In this document: piece after piece, positions 11,986 to 23,877 of the stretch
How positions within the stretch are numbered: the stretch's first letter is position 1
How the letters are laid out: every line of letters begins with the position of its first letter
Assembly: GCA_964234715.1 (NCBI GenBank)
Contig: OZ174286.1
Strand: one strand, 5' to 3'
Length of the DNA stretch: 64,000 nt
Source: Podarcis melisellensis
Lineage: Eukaryota
Translations under genes and position numbers: made by a program
Notes under the pieces: generated by a model
What the model saw: only the letters and a program-made list of their open reading frames with translations
Databases searched by the model: none
Told to the model about the DNA's origin: nothing

Positions 11986-13065
11986 TATTCTATTTCCCCC
12001 ATCTCGTCTAACAACTGCATGCAAAATTATAGAGCCAACAGAAAAGCACAAGTATTAGTATGTATTAAAGCACGATATGAAAGTAGCCAAACAGGAAAAC
12101 CAACTGATGACAATGTTTCAATTTCCAAGCAGAATCCCACAAAATATAGTGTGCCACCGCTCAAATAGTTTCCCCATAATACTGAATTGAATTCAAATGG
12201 TACTCAGACACAGTTTTAGAACAAACCAATGGTAGCCACAAAAGGTAAATAAATTTGAATGGGATGCTGGCAGACTATTAAGTTTATTTCATATTTATTT
12301 CCCATCACATATAACTACCGCTTAAATTGTGAGCTGAAAAGGGAGAAACCCCATTTAAGCTGTTTTGCTCTGGGATCAATGTATTGTGTGAGCAAAAACA
12401 GATAGCAGCATCCTCTGAGCAAACAAGAAGAAGAAACAAAGAGAAAGAATTGACAATCATTCATGTGTCCAAGATCCATGAATGTATCTTGGTTTTATAT
12501 GGCAAATTTTCCCTTCAGCAATTCCTACACTAAACCCTAGTGTTTAATAATAAAACAGAATGATAAACCTAATGCCTGGATAGTTCTATGATTGTGGACA
12601 TTTATCACCTTCCTAAGCGGAGATCAATATTATAGGATTTATTAAATTACTTTAATTGAAAAGCATCTTCTTTTCAACATCACAGTTCCCAAGGTGGCAT
12701 GTTAAGTAGGCTTTTGCATAGATGAGTAAAACTGTTGCGGACTTCTTCCATATTAACACTGACATTTTATAGGTTTCCCTGACTTGTAGTTGTAGTCCAA
12801 CTGGAAGACAGATATATCAAGCAAAGTGCTGGTGTAGACATAACAGGAGATTTTTTTGTCATCACAATCAGCAAAGATGCACTCAGGGTCTTCCAACATT
12901 AAGGTGTTTATTGCTATCACTAAGAGCTTTCCTGCCCTGTGCGAAATCCTTACTTCCAAACACAAAATCCTTCTGCGGGAAAGTTAGGTGACCAATAATC
13001 AAAGGGCTTTAATGTTAAGACACACCTGAGAAGCTACTTTTATTTAGTATCTTACTATGGCTTAC

Positions 13066-13152
13066 CAATGCCCGTGCATCTTCTCGTTCCAAGATCTTCT
13101 GTGCTTGGTCAGCAGGGAATTTCAGCACCGTGGTTATAACCTTTGCCATTGT
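13066..13152 (-). CDS. GOLGA4: GOLGA4 exon 24, GRIP domain (TMAKVITTVLKFPADQAQKILEREDARAL, 87 nt)
   Basis: CTTTAG| acceptor and TTG|GTAAGC donor. Confidence 0.96.
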
Positions 13153-13513
13153 CTAAAGAAGAGGTGTACAAAGTAATGAGCATGATAAGAATATGATCCG
13201 CTAAACAGCAGTTTCATTGATTTATAAAAGCACTGTATTTTTTGTAGTCCTTATGAAAGCATAGGAATGCATAAAGAATACTTGTGTCTTTCATAAAAAT
13301 CTGTGGCAACCTAAGGCTAAGACTTTAAAATAAATGCACTACATTAAAAGCTAAGAGTCTGCAATCCAACATCACCAGCGACTTAAAATTCCCAGTGCTT
13401 TTGGCCAGAATAAATGATACAGAAATGGATTCCAAACGATCAGATTTAAAATAAGGCTGAGTACAAGGTCCAAACAACAATAAATTTAGTATTCCATCAC
13501 TTAAGGCTTCAAT

Positions 13514-13551
13514 ACAAAAAAAATTCCTTCCAGTAGCACCTTAAAGGTGTA
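13514..13551 (-). mobile_element. Very short Penelope-like 3'-end insertion with 13-bp TSD
   Basis: TTAAGGCTTCAAT is duplicated (13501-13513 / 13552-13564) around the reverse complement of TAAGGTGCTACTGGAAGGAATTTTT. Confidence 0.55.
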
Positions 13552-15034
13552 TTAAGGCTTCAATGTTTTTGAAATAGTTGGTTGCAGATAAAGTCCAGAT
13601 AAACCATATATTTACTCATATGCTATCCACTGAAAAGAAAGTTCAACTTAAAAGGAAGGCTCTTAACATTCTTTCCCACTGCTATATTTTTTGGAAAGAG
13701 AAAAATAATAATGTAGTATAGATGGCCTCATAGCAAGAAACATATAGTAAACAGTTTCATGAGTAAGAATGTGCTGGTGACTCTGGTATATGGTATTATT
13801 TGCTGAAGGTCCTGCTTGTAAGTGAAAAGGAAATTATTATTTTTTAATTAAAAAAAAATCTAAGAAGATGGTGACGGAACTATGTTGCGGCATGATTTGT
13901 TATCTGAAATTTTAACTCCAGCAGGGCAGTGCTGTTCACCTGACTTCCCAATGGAGAGCGTTGCTGCTGCTTGCTGAGAGGGAGACGACTGCAGTATGGA
14001 GAGCTCAGCTCAGCGCAAGCACAGCAGCAGGACCATCACATTGGCTCTGTTGCTGCACTGCTCAGTCCTCACCCTTGCGGTAAGTGGCATGCTGTTAGCA
14101 ACCCAGGTGAACAATGCCCCTTGCCTGTGCTGCCCCACTGACTGCCCCACTCTCCACACTATGTTAATGAATTTATGGCTGCTCATTATTTCTCCCAGCC
14201 CATGCAAATTGATTGTGACCGGAGGTTGGGAACTTGCTGAAAGATGTAGCTGAAGGTTTAAACCTGAATCAGATTCAGGGATAGTTAAGAGACAAAACTG
14301 CAGGGAAGGTGGTCTGGAATCTCACTTGGAAGGGAATGGGGGACAGGAAGGAGCTATGGTTCCATGGGGGAGATGGAAATGAAGTTTGCGGGGAAACAGG
14401 GTTACATGAGTCCCACATCACAGGAGGAAGAGGGCTGGCATATGAGTATTTGGAAGGTCGGGGACAATAGCTCCATCACATTTGCAAAGAGGAGCCTATG
14501 AAACCTAAAGAAGGAGAGGACAGACTTGGGGCCTACTTTTATGCTAGCTAGCGAACCTTGAGATCAACCAAGCAGAGGCAGGTACAAAATAGCGGCTCAG
14601 CCAGTTGGACACACACATACACACACACATACATACATGTGCCTCTGAGTGCATGTTCAGCTCATAAATTTACCAATGCCAAAAGCAACTAGCAAGTCCT
14701 TTCACATAAAAGTCTGTTCCTGTATTCTTTTTCAGCAAGCTAATTTGGAGAGGGGGGATTTTTAGCTGTTGCTATTGTTATGACAACTGGGAGTTGGAAA
14801 CTCCTGCGAATCTACTACAAGCTGCCCACCCTGGCCTATGGAGTGTAATATCCACTGAGAGTGGTCCTGTTTGAAAGTATTATATAGTTAGGAGATTTAT
14901 AACCTACCCATCATCAATTCTGAAACCAGGATGGGGTACAACTAAAAAACTTTAATAACCAATTCCACACTTTAATCATGAAACACTAAAACAAATACAT
15001 AAAAAAAAACTTTTCATAAATAGGAGATACCCTG

Positions 15035-15119
15035 TGTCGCCGCGGGGATTCGAACTGCCGACCTTACGATCAGCAAGTCCTAGGCACTGAGGTTTTACCC
15101 ACAGCACCACCCGCGTCCC
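15035..15119 (-). mobile_element. Sauria SINE head fragment
   Basis: tRNA-like head GGGACGCGGGTGG...GTTCGAATCCC only. Confidence 0.8.
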
Positions 15120-15256
15120 AATACTATCCAAGGTAGATGTGAGCAAGAACGGGCTCATCCCATGAGAGCATAATAATACTACAACCTGTACAGTTCTTCT
15201 TCTTCCTCGAAGTGACTGTTAACTTAATAAATATGTGCCTTGAATATGGGGGATAC

Positions 15257-15360
15257 CTTTGTCTCACGACCCATCATGTACTCGAACAACACCTTCCTCA
15301 AGTATTCAAACTCCGTCGGTTCTCCAAAAAGAGAGACATCTGAATGGCAGAGGTTCCCAT
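15257..15360 (-). CDS. GOLGA4: GOLGA4 exon 23, start of GRIP domain (DGNLCHSDVSLFGEPTEFEYLRKVLFEYMMGRETK, 104 nt)
   Basis: Contains the conserved Arl1-binding Tyr of GRIP domains (FEY); TGCAG| acceptor and AAG|GTATCC donor. Confidence 0.96.
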
Positions 15361-18300
15361 CTGCACAGACAAGAGACAGTGTTTTATACAATTGTATTTT
15401 ACACAGATGTGCTACCATCAGTAGGCTCATCTCTCTTGACCAAACTGTAACATACAGACATAATGATTGTCACTTACCCGGATTACACTGCTTTTGTAAA
15501 GCGCATTTTACATTTTAACAAGAGGATTAAGTGGCTTGTTCTTAACTCTTGCCTCTGTACTCAAGACACTAACTTACCCTCTCCTTCAAATATATCGCCA
15601 GGCAGAGGCAGACCACTATTGTTTAAGCCCCTTCCTGGTAGCATGCTTGTGCCTCAGTGGGAAAGATGGATCTCCCAGTCCCTGAACTGTTTCTGTCCCA
15701 GCTGGTCAGTAAGAATTACTATTTAGCTTAAAGAATCAACATCTGAATTCAAACCCGCCCCCATCCCATTTTTCTTTTGTGTCATGTCTTTTAGATTGTA
15801 AGCCTGAGGGAAAGGACTGTCTTGTTTGAACTGATTTATGTAAGCTGGTCTGGTAGATATTCAGCTGAAATGCAGAGTACAAATGCTCTAAACAAACAAA
15901 CCCTTCACAAGTAGGATCGGTTGAGTACACAAACCTCCTAACCCTAAGCGCTATCCTTTCCAGAGATTCATGATTCCCTTTTCCTATCCTATATCCAATA
16001 GCTCCTGCTTGATGTTAGAAGTAACTGCCAAAACAATGGAAAGTATAGGAATTGGGATAAATCCTTTAAGGTAGCACCAGAGAACCTTAGACCTAGCACA
16101 GTACCCAACTTGTCCTGCAAGGCCATAGCCCACAACGCCCCATCTCACCTGCCCAACATCATATGTAACATCAGGTGTCAGGCAAACATGGACATGGCTA
16201 CAAAGGAAGAATAAGGAGTTCAAAGATTGCTTCTCATTGTCCCTTGGTAAGTAGGGCTGATTGGAACAGACAGGGAGATCCACTGAGATCAGCTGCACTA
16301 GGGAGTTCCCAACAGGAGCTCCTTAGTACAGCAGAAGAGGCTCGCTTTCTCTGTTTGGAGGAAGTGGTTTCTCTCCAAAGAGAAAAAGGTTCTAGTTGAA
16401 GGAAGCAGTTTAATCCAAACCTCCCACTCCAAAGAGAATTCAAAGGAGCTCCATGTAACCACAATCACTTCACCAGTCATTACAAAAGTCTTTTGAAGGT
16501 GTGCTCCCCAAACACCAATTGGGACAGGTGCCATTCACATGACGTCATTATGTCATCAGGTATTCTGCCCACCTGTTTATGTGTGACATACTCCTGGGGA
16601 AGGTGAGAAACCTGCATTATCAAATCCTGTGTAACCACTGAGGGTAGGGGCCAACTGGGGTTCTAGGCAACCAGATCTAACCATCTTACAGTATCTCTTG
16701 TATCACCACGACCACATTTTTATCAAGGATCAATATTCTACAAGGCTGCCATCTAGACTACAAACATGCATGCTCTCTCTCTCTCTCAGCAAATCTGGCT
16801 CCACCAGCCTGGAAAAGCCATCTCATTGGACCACCATCACCTCACTGCTTTGGAATTTAAAGCCTTCTTCTGTAGAACTGTGTTACCTGTATCAAGTCAT
16901 TTGCATCTTTGGCTGCTGCTTATTACAACTTGATCCTTTGCTCCACTGCCCCACCCCCAACATGGAGATATGACAGTTCAGAAAGCAAACCCCACAGGAC
17001 CCAGAGACCCTTTGAGACAACTGTGTGTGAGTGCGCAGGCATGTCCAAGTTTTACATCAAATGTTGAAGGACAAGGCTGGGAAAATATTTGCAATATATT
17101 GTATTAACTAAATTCTTACAAGTGTTTCTCCTAAGACTTCTAATCTAATCCTGTTTATGTTTCTTAGCAACATTGTTTTCATTAAAAAAATTTGCATGGT
17201 AACTGATATCTTAAAATGTTTTCTTCATAAAAACACAATATAAAAAGCAGAAGCATTCTAAGCATGCCATTAGACTAGCTGTCAGAGGGTAAGAGGAAAA
17301 TATCTACATTCTTGGAGATTAAGCCGTGACTCTTGTTTTTCCATTTATGTTCACTTAAACTAAAAGTCCAAAAGTAGCAGATTTTACTTTCCTAGTTACG
17401 TGTGGATTTTAACATTTTATGCACAAACATAATTGCTGATGGAATTCAGCAAACACTCGTGGCTATCACTGGAAATCCCTTGCTAAAACTAGAGGATTGT
17501 TAAACTAAAGCACCCTCTCTCCAGGATGAGACTGCAGTATGAAAACACCTACAGCCCAACTCTCAATCATACTGTAGTTGTACTTTGGCTTGCTGACATT
17601 GCAGCAGGCATCATTAATCCCAAGATTTGAGGAGATCTAAAACATGTCTTCAATACCTGATTTCTGGAAAAGTATGAACTACACATGTATCAAAATGTTA
17701 GCTACTGGTTATACCTTAATTTTGATATTCTCCATCTTGCTCACATGCACACATAAATACATGTGGCAAACATGCTTACATGTCACACTCATTTTCCATG
17801 AAGTAAAATTATACTAAAGGACAAAAAAACATTAAAATTAAAGAATAAACCATAATCTGCATCAGGAACTGCATTACTGCAACACATGTCTATTTACGGC
17901 TTTGAAGGTCTAGTCGTCAGGGTATGTAAGCAATTGGAATGAAAATGACTGAAAATATGAACTATGTTCTATTTGTGATTTCAATGTAGCAATTTTTCCA
18001 CAAGGGAATACTTATATATATTGCATGTGATCCATGAGGTGGACATTGGAACGCAACTAATCTTACAGTTACAGATCATGCAAAATCACTTCATTTTTAA
18101 AAAATATGTATTTGTGTAAAAAGATTCAGAACTGCCCTACTGAACAATATTTCAGCATAACATCTTTCATCTGATATATGCAAACTTTTAGGGTCAACAG
18201 TATAGGAAGGGGTCTAGATACATGGCAAAATCTGTATAGCTCAGTTCGACGCAAATGAACAAAGTGGCATGGAACTGAGAGACTATTAACAAGTGTTAAC

Positions 18301-18502
18301 AAGGCCTTCCATACCTGACCACACAACCATAAAAGTCTGAAGACTAACTTTTGGCCTTAAATTTATCTATCACCCTAAATTTTGTTAGCTCAGTGGGGTT
18401 TACTCCCAGGTAAGAGTACATATATTTGCAGCCCTAGTTAGGTTTGCAGGTATTCTCTTAGGCTTTATTCTGTAGCTCAGTGCCAAGACAAACATTCCTC
18501 AC

Positions 18503-18578
18503 CTCTGTAAGGCGACGCAACTGTTGTGACATACATATTCTTCTCGTAATTTTTCAACCGGTCTTGTAGTGTATGAAT
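18503..18578 (-). CDS. GOLGA4: GOLGA4 exon 22 (IHTLQDRLKNYEKNMYVTTVASPYR, 76 nt)
   Basis: CTTAG| acceptor and GAG|GTGAGG donor; phase 0/1. Confidence 0.93.
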
Positions 18579-18854
18579 CTAAGAATAAAGTGATGGATGA
18601 GGAGGATAAAACAAACATAACGGAGATGACTCGGAATATGTTTCAACTTTGAGGTGTATTGAGTGTACGAGAAAGCAGTTACCAAACCGTGTCTGTCTGC
18701 CCCACCCACTACTGGTGACAACCCAGGGTGTTAAATATTATCTCTTTATCTAGCTCACTTAAACTTACCATGTAAATATTTGTTAGTGTGCATTAGACAT
18801 GTAAAGGGACGCGGGTGGCATTATAATAATAATGTGCTCCTAAGGAATAATCAT

Positions 18855-19209
18855 GGGATGTGGGTGGCGCTGTGGGTTAAACCACAGAGCCTAGGGCTTG
18901 CTGATCAGAAGTTTGGCAGTTCGAATCCCCACGATGGGGTGAGCTCCCATTGCTCGGTCCCTGCTCCTGCCAACCTAGCAGTTCGAAAGAATGTCAGAGT
19001 GCAAGTAGATAAATAGGTACTGCTCCGGCGGGAAGGTAAACAGCGTTTCCATGCACTGCTCTGGTTCACCAGAAGCGGCTTAGTCATGCTGGCCACATGA
19101 CCCGGAAGCTGTAAGCTGGCTCCCTCGGCCAATAAAGTGAGATGAGCGTCGCAACCCCAGAGTCAGCCATGATTGGACCTAATGGTCAGGGGTCCCTTTA
19201 CCTTTACCT
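18855..19209 (+). mobile_element. Sauria SINE
   Basis: Full length; outer TSD TAGACATGT. Confidence 0.92.
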
Positions 19210-19514
19210 ACTAGACATGTTGGGAAATATTAGCAAAGATGAGGGTTTTCTGTCTGCCTTTCTTTCTGTCTAATTTAAGATCTGATAAAGATCTGATAAA
19301 AGTAGACCTGGCCACGAGTCTCCTGGGAAGCAGAGAGGGGCTGGCTAGCACTATACTGACCACTGTCCAAACTGTCCTCTCATCTGGTATTTGAGCACTT
19401 GTTATCTGACCACTTCAGTTTCATAGTCTTACTGTTTTTTTCTGTTTGCAGAAAGAGCGTTTTTTGTTGATTGCAACCGATGAGTGGTTCTGTTCTGTAT
19501 TGAGGTTTGAAATA

Positions 19515-19755
19515 CAGTCAAACCTTGGTTCCCAAATGCCTCCATTTTGGAGCGTTTCGGCTCCCGAACGCTGAAAACCCAGAAGTAATTGTTCCAGTTT
19601 TCGAACGTTTTTTGGAAGCTGAATGTTCGACGCAGCTTCCGCTTGAGTGCAGGAAGGTCCTGCAGCCAATTAGAAGGCGCACCTTGGTTGTCAAACATTT
19701 CGGAAGTCAAACGGGTTTCAGTAACAGATTATGTTTGGCAACCAAGGTTTGACTG
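19515..19755. mobile_element. Tc1/mariner-type MITE
   Basis: TIRs CAGTCAAACCTTGGTT / AACCAAGGTTTGACTG with TA TSD. Confidence 0.88.
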
Positions 19756-19919
19756 TAGAGTCAAAGGTTATTTGAGCTTGGTTTTGATTGTTGCAAACTG
19801 ATTCCTTTTAGGGCTTAGGAGTGTCGTACTTTTAATAGCCTGGTGATGATGAGCAGACTGATTCTGTGTTTAATGGCACTATACTATGCATGTTTACTCA
19901 AAAGTATGTTCAATAAGAT

Positions 19920-20283
19920 GGGACGCGGGTGGCGCTGTGGGTTAAACCACAGAACCTAGGACTTGCCGATCAGAAGGTCAGCGGTTCGAATCCCCGCGAT
20001 GGGGTGAGCTCCCGTTGCTCGGTCCCTGCTCCTGTCAACATAGCAGTTCAAAAGCACGTCAAAGTGCAAGTAGATAAATAGGTACCGCTCCGGTGAGAAG
20101 GTAAACGCTGCCCTGTGTGCTGCCCTGGTTCGCCAGAAGCGGCTTAGTCATGCTGGCCATATGACCCGGAAGCTGTCTGTGGACAAACGCTGGCTCCCTC
20201 GGCCAAAAAAGCGAGATGAGCGCCGTAACCCCAGAGTCGGTCACAACTGGACCTAACAGTCAGGGGTCCCTTTACCTTTACCT
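19920..20283 (+). mobile_element. Sauria SINE
   Basis: Full length; TSD GTTCAATAAG (19908-19917 / 20286-20295). Confidence 0.93.
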
Positions 20284-20426
20284 AAGTTCAATAAGGCCTA
20301 CTTCCATGAAATGGGATATAGGGTTGCAGCCTAGGTAGCCTTTTATAACCTTTTCAAATTATACCTCGAAAATGCTTTAATGTGCCCAAGAGCTAAAGTT
20401 CCTTCTTTTTTTTATCAGATTCTTAC

Positions 20427-20495
20427 CTGCTCTATGAATTCCTGTTCTTTCAGCTTTGAATCACTGACAAGAGTTGTCTTCTGGGCTAGCTGGGC
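20427..20495 (-). CDS. GOLGA4: GOLGA4 exon 21 (AQLAQKTTLVSDSKLKEQEFIEQ, 69 nt)
   Basis: TTTCAG| acceptor and CAG|GTAAGA donor. Confidence 0.94.
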
Positions 20496-20628
20496 CTGAA
20501 ACACAACCAGAAACATATATGAAAATGTGCACTACAAACACTTAATTTATTACTTTTCATCAAAATTGTAAACAGCATCAAAGGAAAAATTGACATTATG
20601 CTAGTGGTAAAGATGAAGCCAATCTTAC

Positions 20629-20649
20629 CTGAAGTTCAGCTATTGTTAC
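20629..20649 (-). CDS. GOLGA4: GOLGA4 exon 20, 21-nt microexon (VTIAELQ)
   Basis: TTTTAG| acceptor and CAG|GTAAGA donor; equivalent to the mammalian VTIMELQ exon. Confidence 0.9.
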
Positions 20650-21271
20650 CTAAAACAGAAAAATGAACATTTAATAAAATGTATTTGCTTCATACCCTGC
20701 CAAATAAAACAAAAAGCACTGCAGGATATTTTTCATCCATATGAATTGCCATTAATTCCTGATTAACTCTCCATTATCTATTTCTCTGATTCATAATCTT
20801 ATTGCAAAATCTGAGATGGTATATATTACTATTTGGTACAAAGAAATTTGTCTTGCAGTTTTTTTATCACATAAAAGCAGTTTTGAGGAGAACAAATAAT
20901 TATAATAGTTTAGTCACACCCAAAATACAGCTTGAAATAAATCTAAGTGGTACAAGGAAACTATTCAAACGAGAGACTTAAGTAACTATTAAATGAATTC
21001 CTAAATAAGTAATATACATATTTTCTTGTGAACAATTTGCTTTCATCATAATCTCTATTAGTTGAGAGCCATGAAGACTGGGTTTTTTCTTTATGCTAAA
21101 CTCCCACGGTCATTACATGAACTTACAGCCCATTTTAAATTAATGAGACATGAGGGTACATAAATGGTTGCAAAAGAACATTATCAAAGAAACTACAAAT
21201 TTTGGTTAAATTGTGACGCTAAATTGTAATCCTACTATTCAAAAGGATAAAATACAACATATATAATATAT

Positions 21272-21972
21272 GGGTAAAGGGCAATCTGAACACGCAGTTT
21301 CAAATGCGAGCAATAAAAGGGGTGAAATATTTTTTCCACCCCAGGATGCCGACTCTCGTCTTAGGAGATGAGGGTTTCAACCAAACGATTGAAGGGGGGG
21401 GGTAGGCACATACAGAACTTGATTTTTATTTGCATGTTAGGATATGGTCCCAAAGCTACTCATTCTCCCTGTACTACTACAGTAGGTGGTATGTGGTACC
21501 AAACCAATTCATAGGCAATAATTAGCCTGCAGCACTTGACGTGTTGGTTGTAGCTCCAGGGCTTTTACACTCTCCATTTAGGGCGATTGAACCCTGGGTT
21601 TCAACAGCCGAACAGTGAACTCGCAGCATAAAATAGCTGGATGAATGGCTTCTCAGACATGGCAATGCTGTCATGTACTTATCCGTCCCTATGGAACTGG
21701 CATACTTATGGTAAGCAAACTCCAAGCCAATCTGCAAGGTTGCGCCACCGAACCCTCCAATTCTGACTGTAGCATTTTCTGGGAATAGAGCACCATAAGT
21801 TGTCGGGAACAGGTTGAAGGTAGTCTCTTATTGTGGGGCTGGAATCCTGCTCCTTACTAGCACCTCCAGATGATGTGGTCTTCAGCACCTGAGCGGACCA
21901 TGTTAACCTCCATATCCACAGCTAGCTGCAAGTATGTGATGTCGTTCTAATCACATGCTTCACAAAAGTGCT
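21272..21972 (-). pseudogene. Foreign intronic insert; candidate endogenous paramyxovirus-like matrix (M) gene fragment
   Basis: About 15 CpG in ~680 bp versus ~3 in the adjacent 620 bp; 101-codon open frame 21827-21522 with a VRIGGFGGATLQI...K...P...RVHCSAVETQ pattern resembling paramyxoviral M by eye only; boundaries approximate. Confidence 0.45.
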
Positions 21973-21981
21973 TGGGAGGTA

Positions 21982-22335
21982 CAGTGGTGCCCCGCAAGAT
22001 GAACGCCTCGCAAGACGGAAAACCCGCTAGACGAAAGGGTTTTCCGTTTTGGAGGCGCTTCGCAAAACGAATTTCCCTATGGGGTTGCTTCGCAAGACGA
22101 AAAAATCTTGCAAATCCCCGCGGTTTTTTCCGCTTTTTTCCCCCTTTTCCTGAGCCACTAAGCCGCTTAACAGCTGATCCGCTGATAAGCCGCTTAACAG
22201 CTGATCGTTAGAAGCCGCTACACCGCTGTAGCGCTAATCCGCTAAGCTGTCAATGGGCTTGCTTCGCAAGACAAAAAAACCGCTAGACAAAGAGAATCGC
22301 GGAACAGATTACTTTTGTCTTGCGAGGCACCACTG
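21982..22335. mobile_element. Tc1/mariner-type MITE (CAGTGGTGCCCCGCAAGA family, 354 bp)
   Basis: TIRs with TA TSD. Confidence 0.88.
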
Positions 22336-22826
22336 TATTCAACTATGTCTTACTCAGGGTAGACCCACTGAAATTAATCAACTTAACTTACGGTTATATT
22401 CATTAAATTCAATGGGTCAACTCTGAGTATAGCTTCATTGAATGCTGTCGCTTATTTCCCAATCTCTCTAATTTCAAAGGAAACCAAGTGCAACTAACTT
22501 AGTCTTGAACCAAGCGTATATATTACTAACTGATTTACTACTGAAATAAAACTAAGATATCAAAGAATAGATCAGTTTCCATAGTTAATATTATTTGGCT
22601 CTGTAGCATAGAACAGCAATTGCTTCAAATGTGATAGACAATTGTGGCAATAAACGATAAAAAACAGCCAAACACCTTTGCCAATTGTTAGATCAAAAGA
22701 AGGTTAAAATACTCTAAAGTCTAACAAAATATTTCTATTAAAACTCTGAAGGTAAGCTAAGATACAAGCAAAGAACCACAATAAATTCCTAAGTAAAATA
22801 TTGTAAAATACTGTTTTCTAACTTAC

Positions 22827-22940
22827 TTCACCACTGTTCCAGCTTTCTTCATCTGCCAGTCTTTGTTTGTACTCCTCCTGCAATTTCTCCAGCTGGTTCT
22901 GAAGCTCATTTACTTTTTCTGTCATTTCTTCTTCTCGAGT
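22827..22940 (-). CDS. GOLGA4: GOLGA4 exon 19 (TREEEMTEKV...WNSGE, 114 nt)
   Basis: CTGAAG| acceptor and GAA|GTAAGT donor. Confidence 0.92.
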
Positions 22941-23123
22941 CTTCAGAACAAAATAAATAAATACAACCATTATTTTATATACTTCACAATTAGGAGACAA
23001 TCTGGCTTCCATCAGCTTTAGCTACGAGAACTTTAACTGCGAAAGTACTGAATTATACACGAATACTGGATGAAATTGCGCTCTGACTTTTAGAAACTCA
23101 AAAACAAGCAATACCATATATAC

Positions 23124-23254
23124 CTCAAGGATTTCTTCATACTTTTTCACTGTTCTTTGTAGGTCATCATCTTTTTCTAGCAACTTTTTATGTAACTGAG
23201 TTATCTCTGCGTGGTGACTTTCTATGAGTTCAGATTCAACCTCCTGAGCTTTAC
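23124..23254 (-). CDS. GOLGA4: GOLGA4 exon 18 (KAQEVESELIESH...KKYEEILE, 131 nt)
   Basis: CACAG| acceptor and GAG|GTATAT donor; phase 1/0. Confidence 0.93.
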
Positions 23255-23837
23255 CTGTGAAAAATGGTCAACAGTGTTTATATATCACATTTTAACTGGA
23301 ATGCTATTTTAATTGAATTAGCAGCAATACATTCTAGATACATTCAAAAAACTGAATACTACAGTAAAAGAAGAAACTCTAAAGAATAATCATTAAAAAA
23401 CGCTATTAGAATCTAATGAGATGTCGACATGTCAAAACATAATTGATAACATATTCCTTTTCTTATTTTGGCATACAAGGTGTCTTCTTTCACACTAGAG
23501 TAGGTTGGGTCAAACAAGCCAGTATCATGTTAAAATCAGTAGGCAAGATTATGCTTTGAGTAGTAAGCAATGAATTAAACTTCACTCAAAGGTTTTACTG
23601 CTTATCTATCACCTCTTTCTCTACTTTTTTTTTTACAGCTGTTAGTACAGTTGGAACTCCCCACTCCAATACAGAGCCATTGAATCCCTAATTCTTACTA
23701 AAAAGCTAAACAGATGTTATGGTACTTTCAACCTATCTGAACTTCATACTTGTTAACCTATTGGCACAATTTATTATCAGATATATATGCAAAATTAATA
23801 TATTTACATTAATGAGTTTGCGTATGTGTGTGTGTAT

Positions 23838-23839
<2 letters not shown>

Positions 23840-23875
<36 letters not shown>
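23840..23875 (+). repeat. (CA)n microsatellite
   Basis: About 18 units. Confidence 0.95.

Positions 23876-23877
<2 letters not shown>

Noticed and set aside
21973-21981. YLPS extension of the virus-like frame up to the MITE
   Set aside because: These bases probably belong to the adjacent palindromic host repeat that the MITE interrupted, so they were not counted as evidence.
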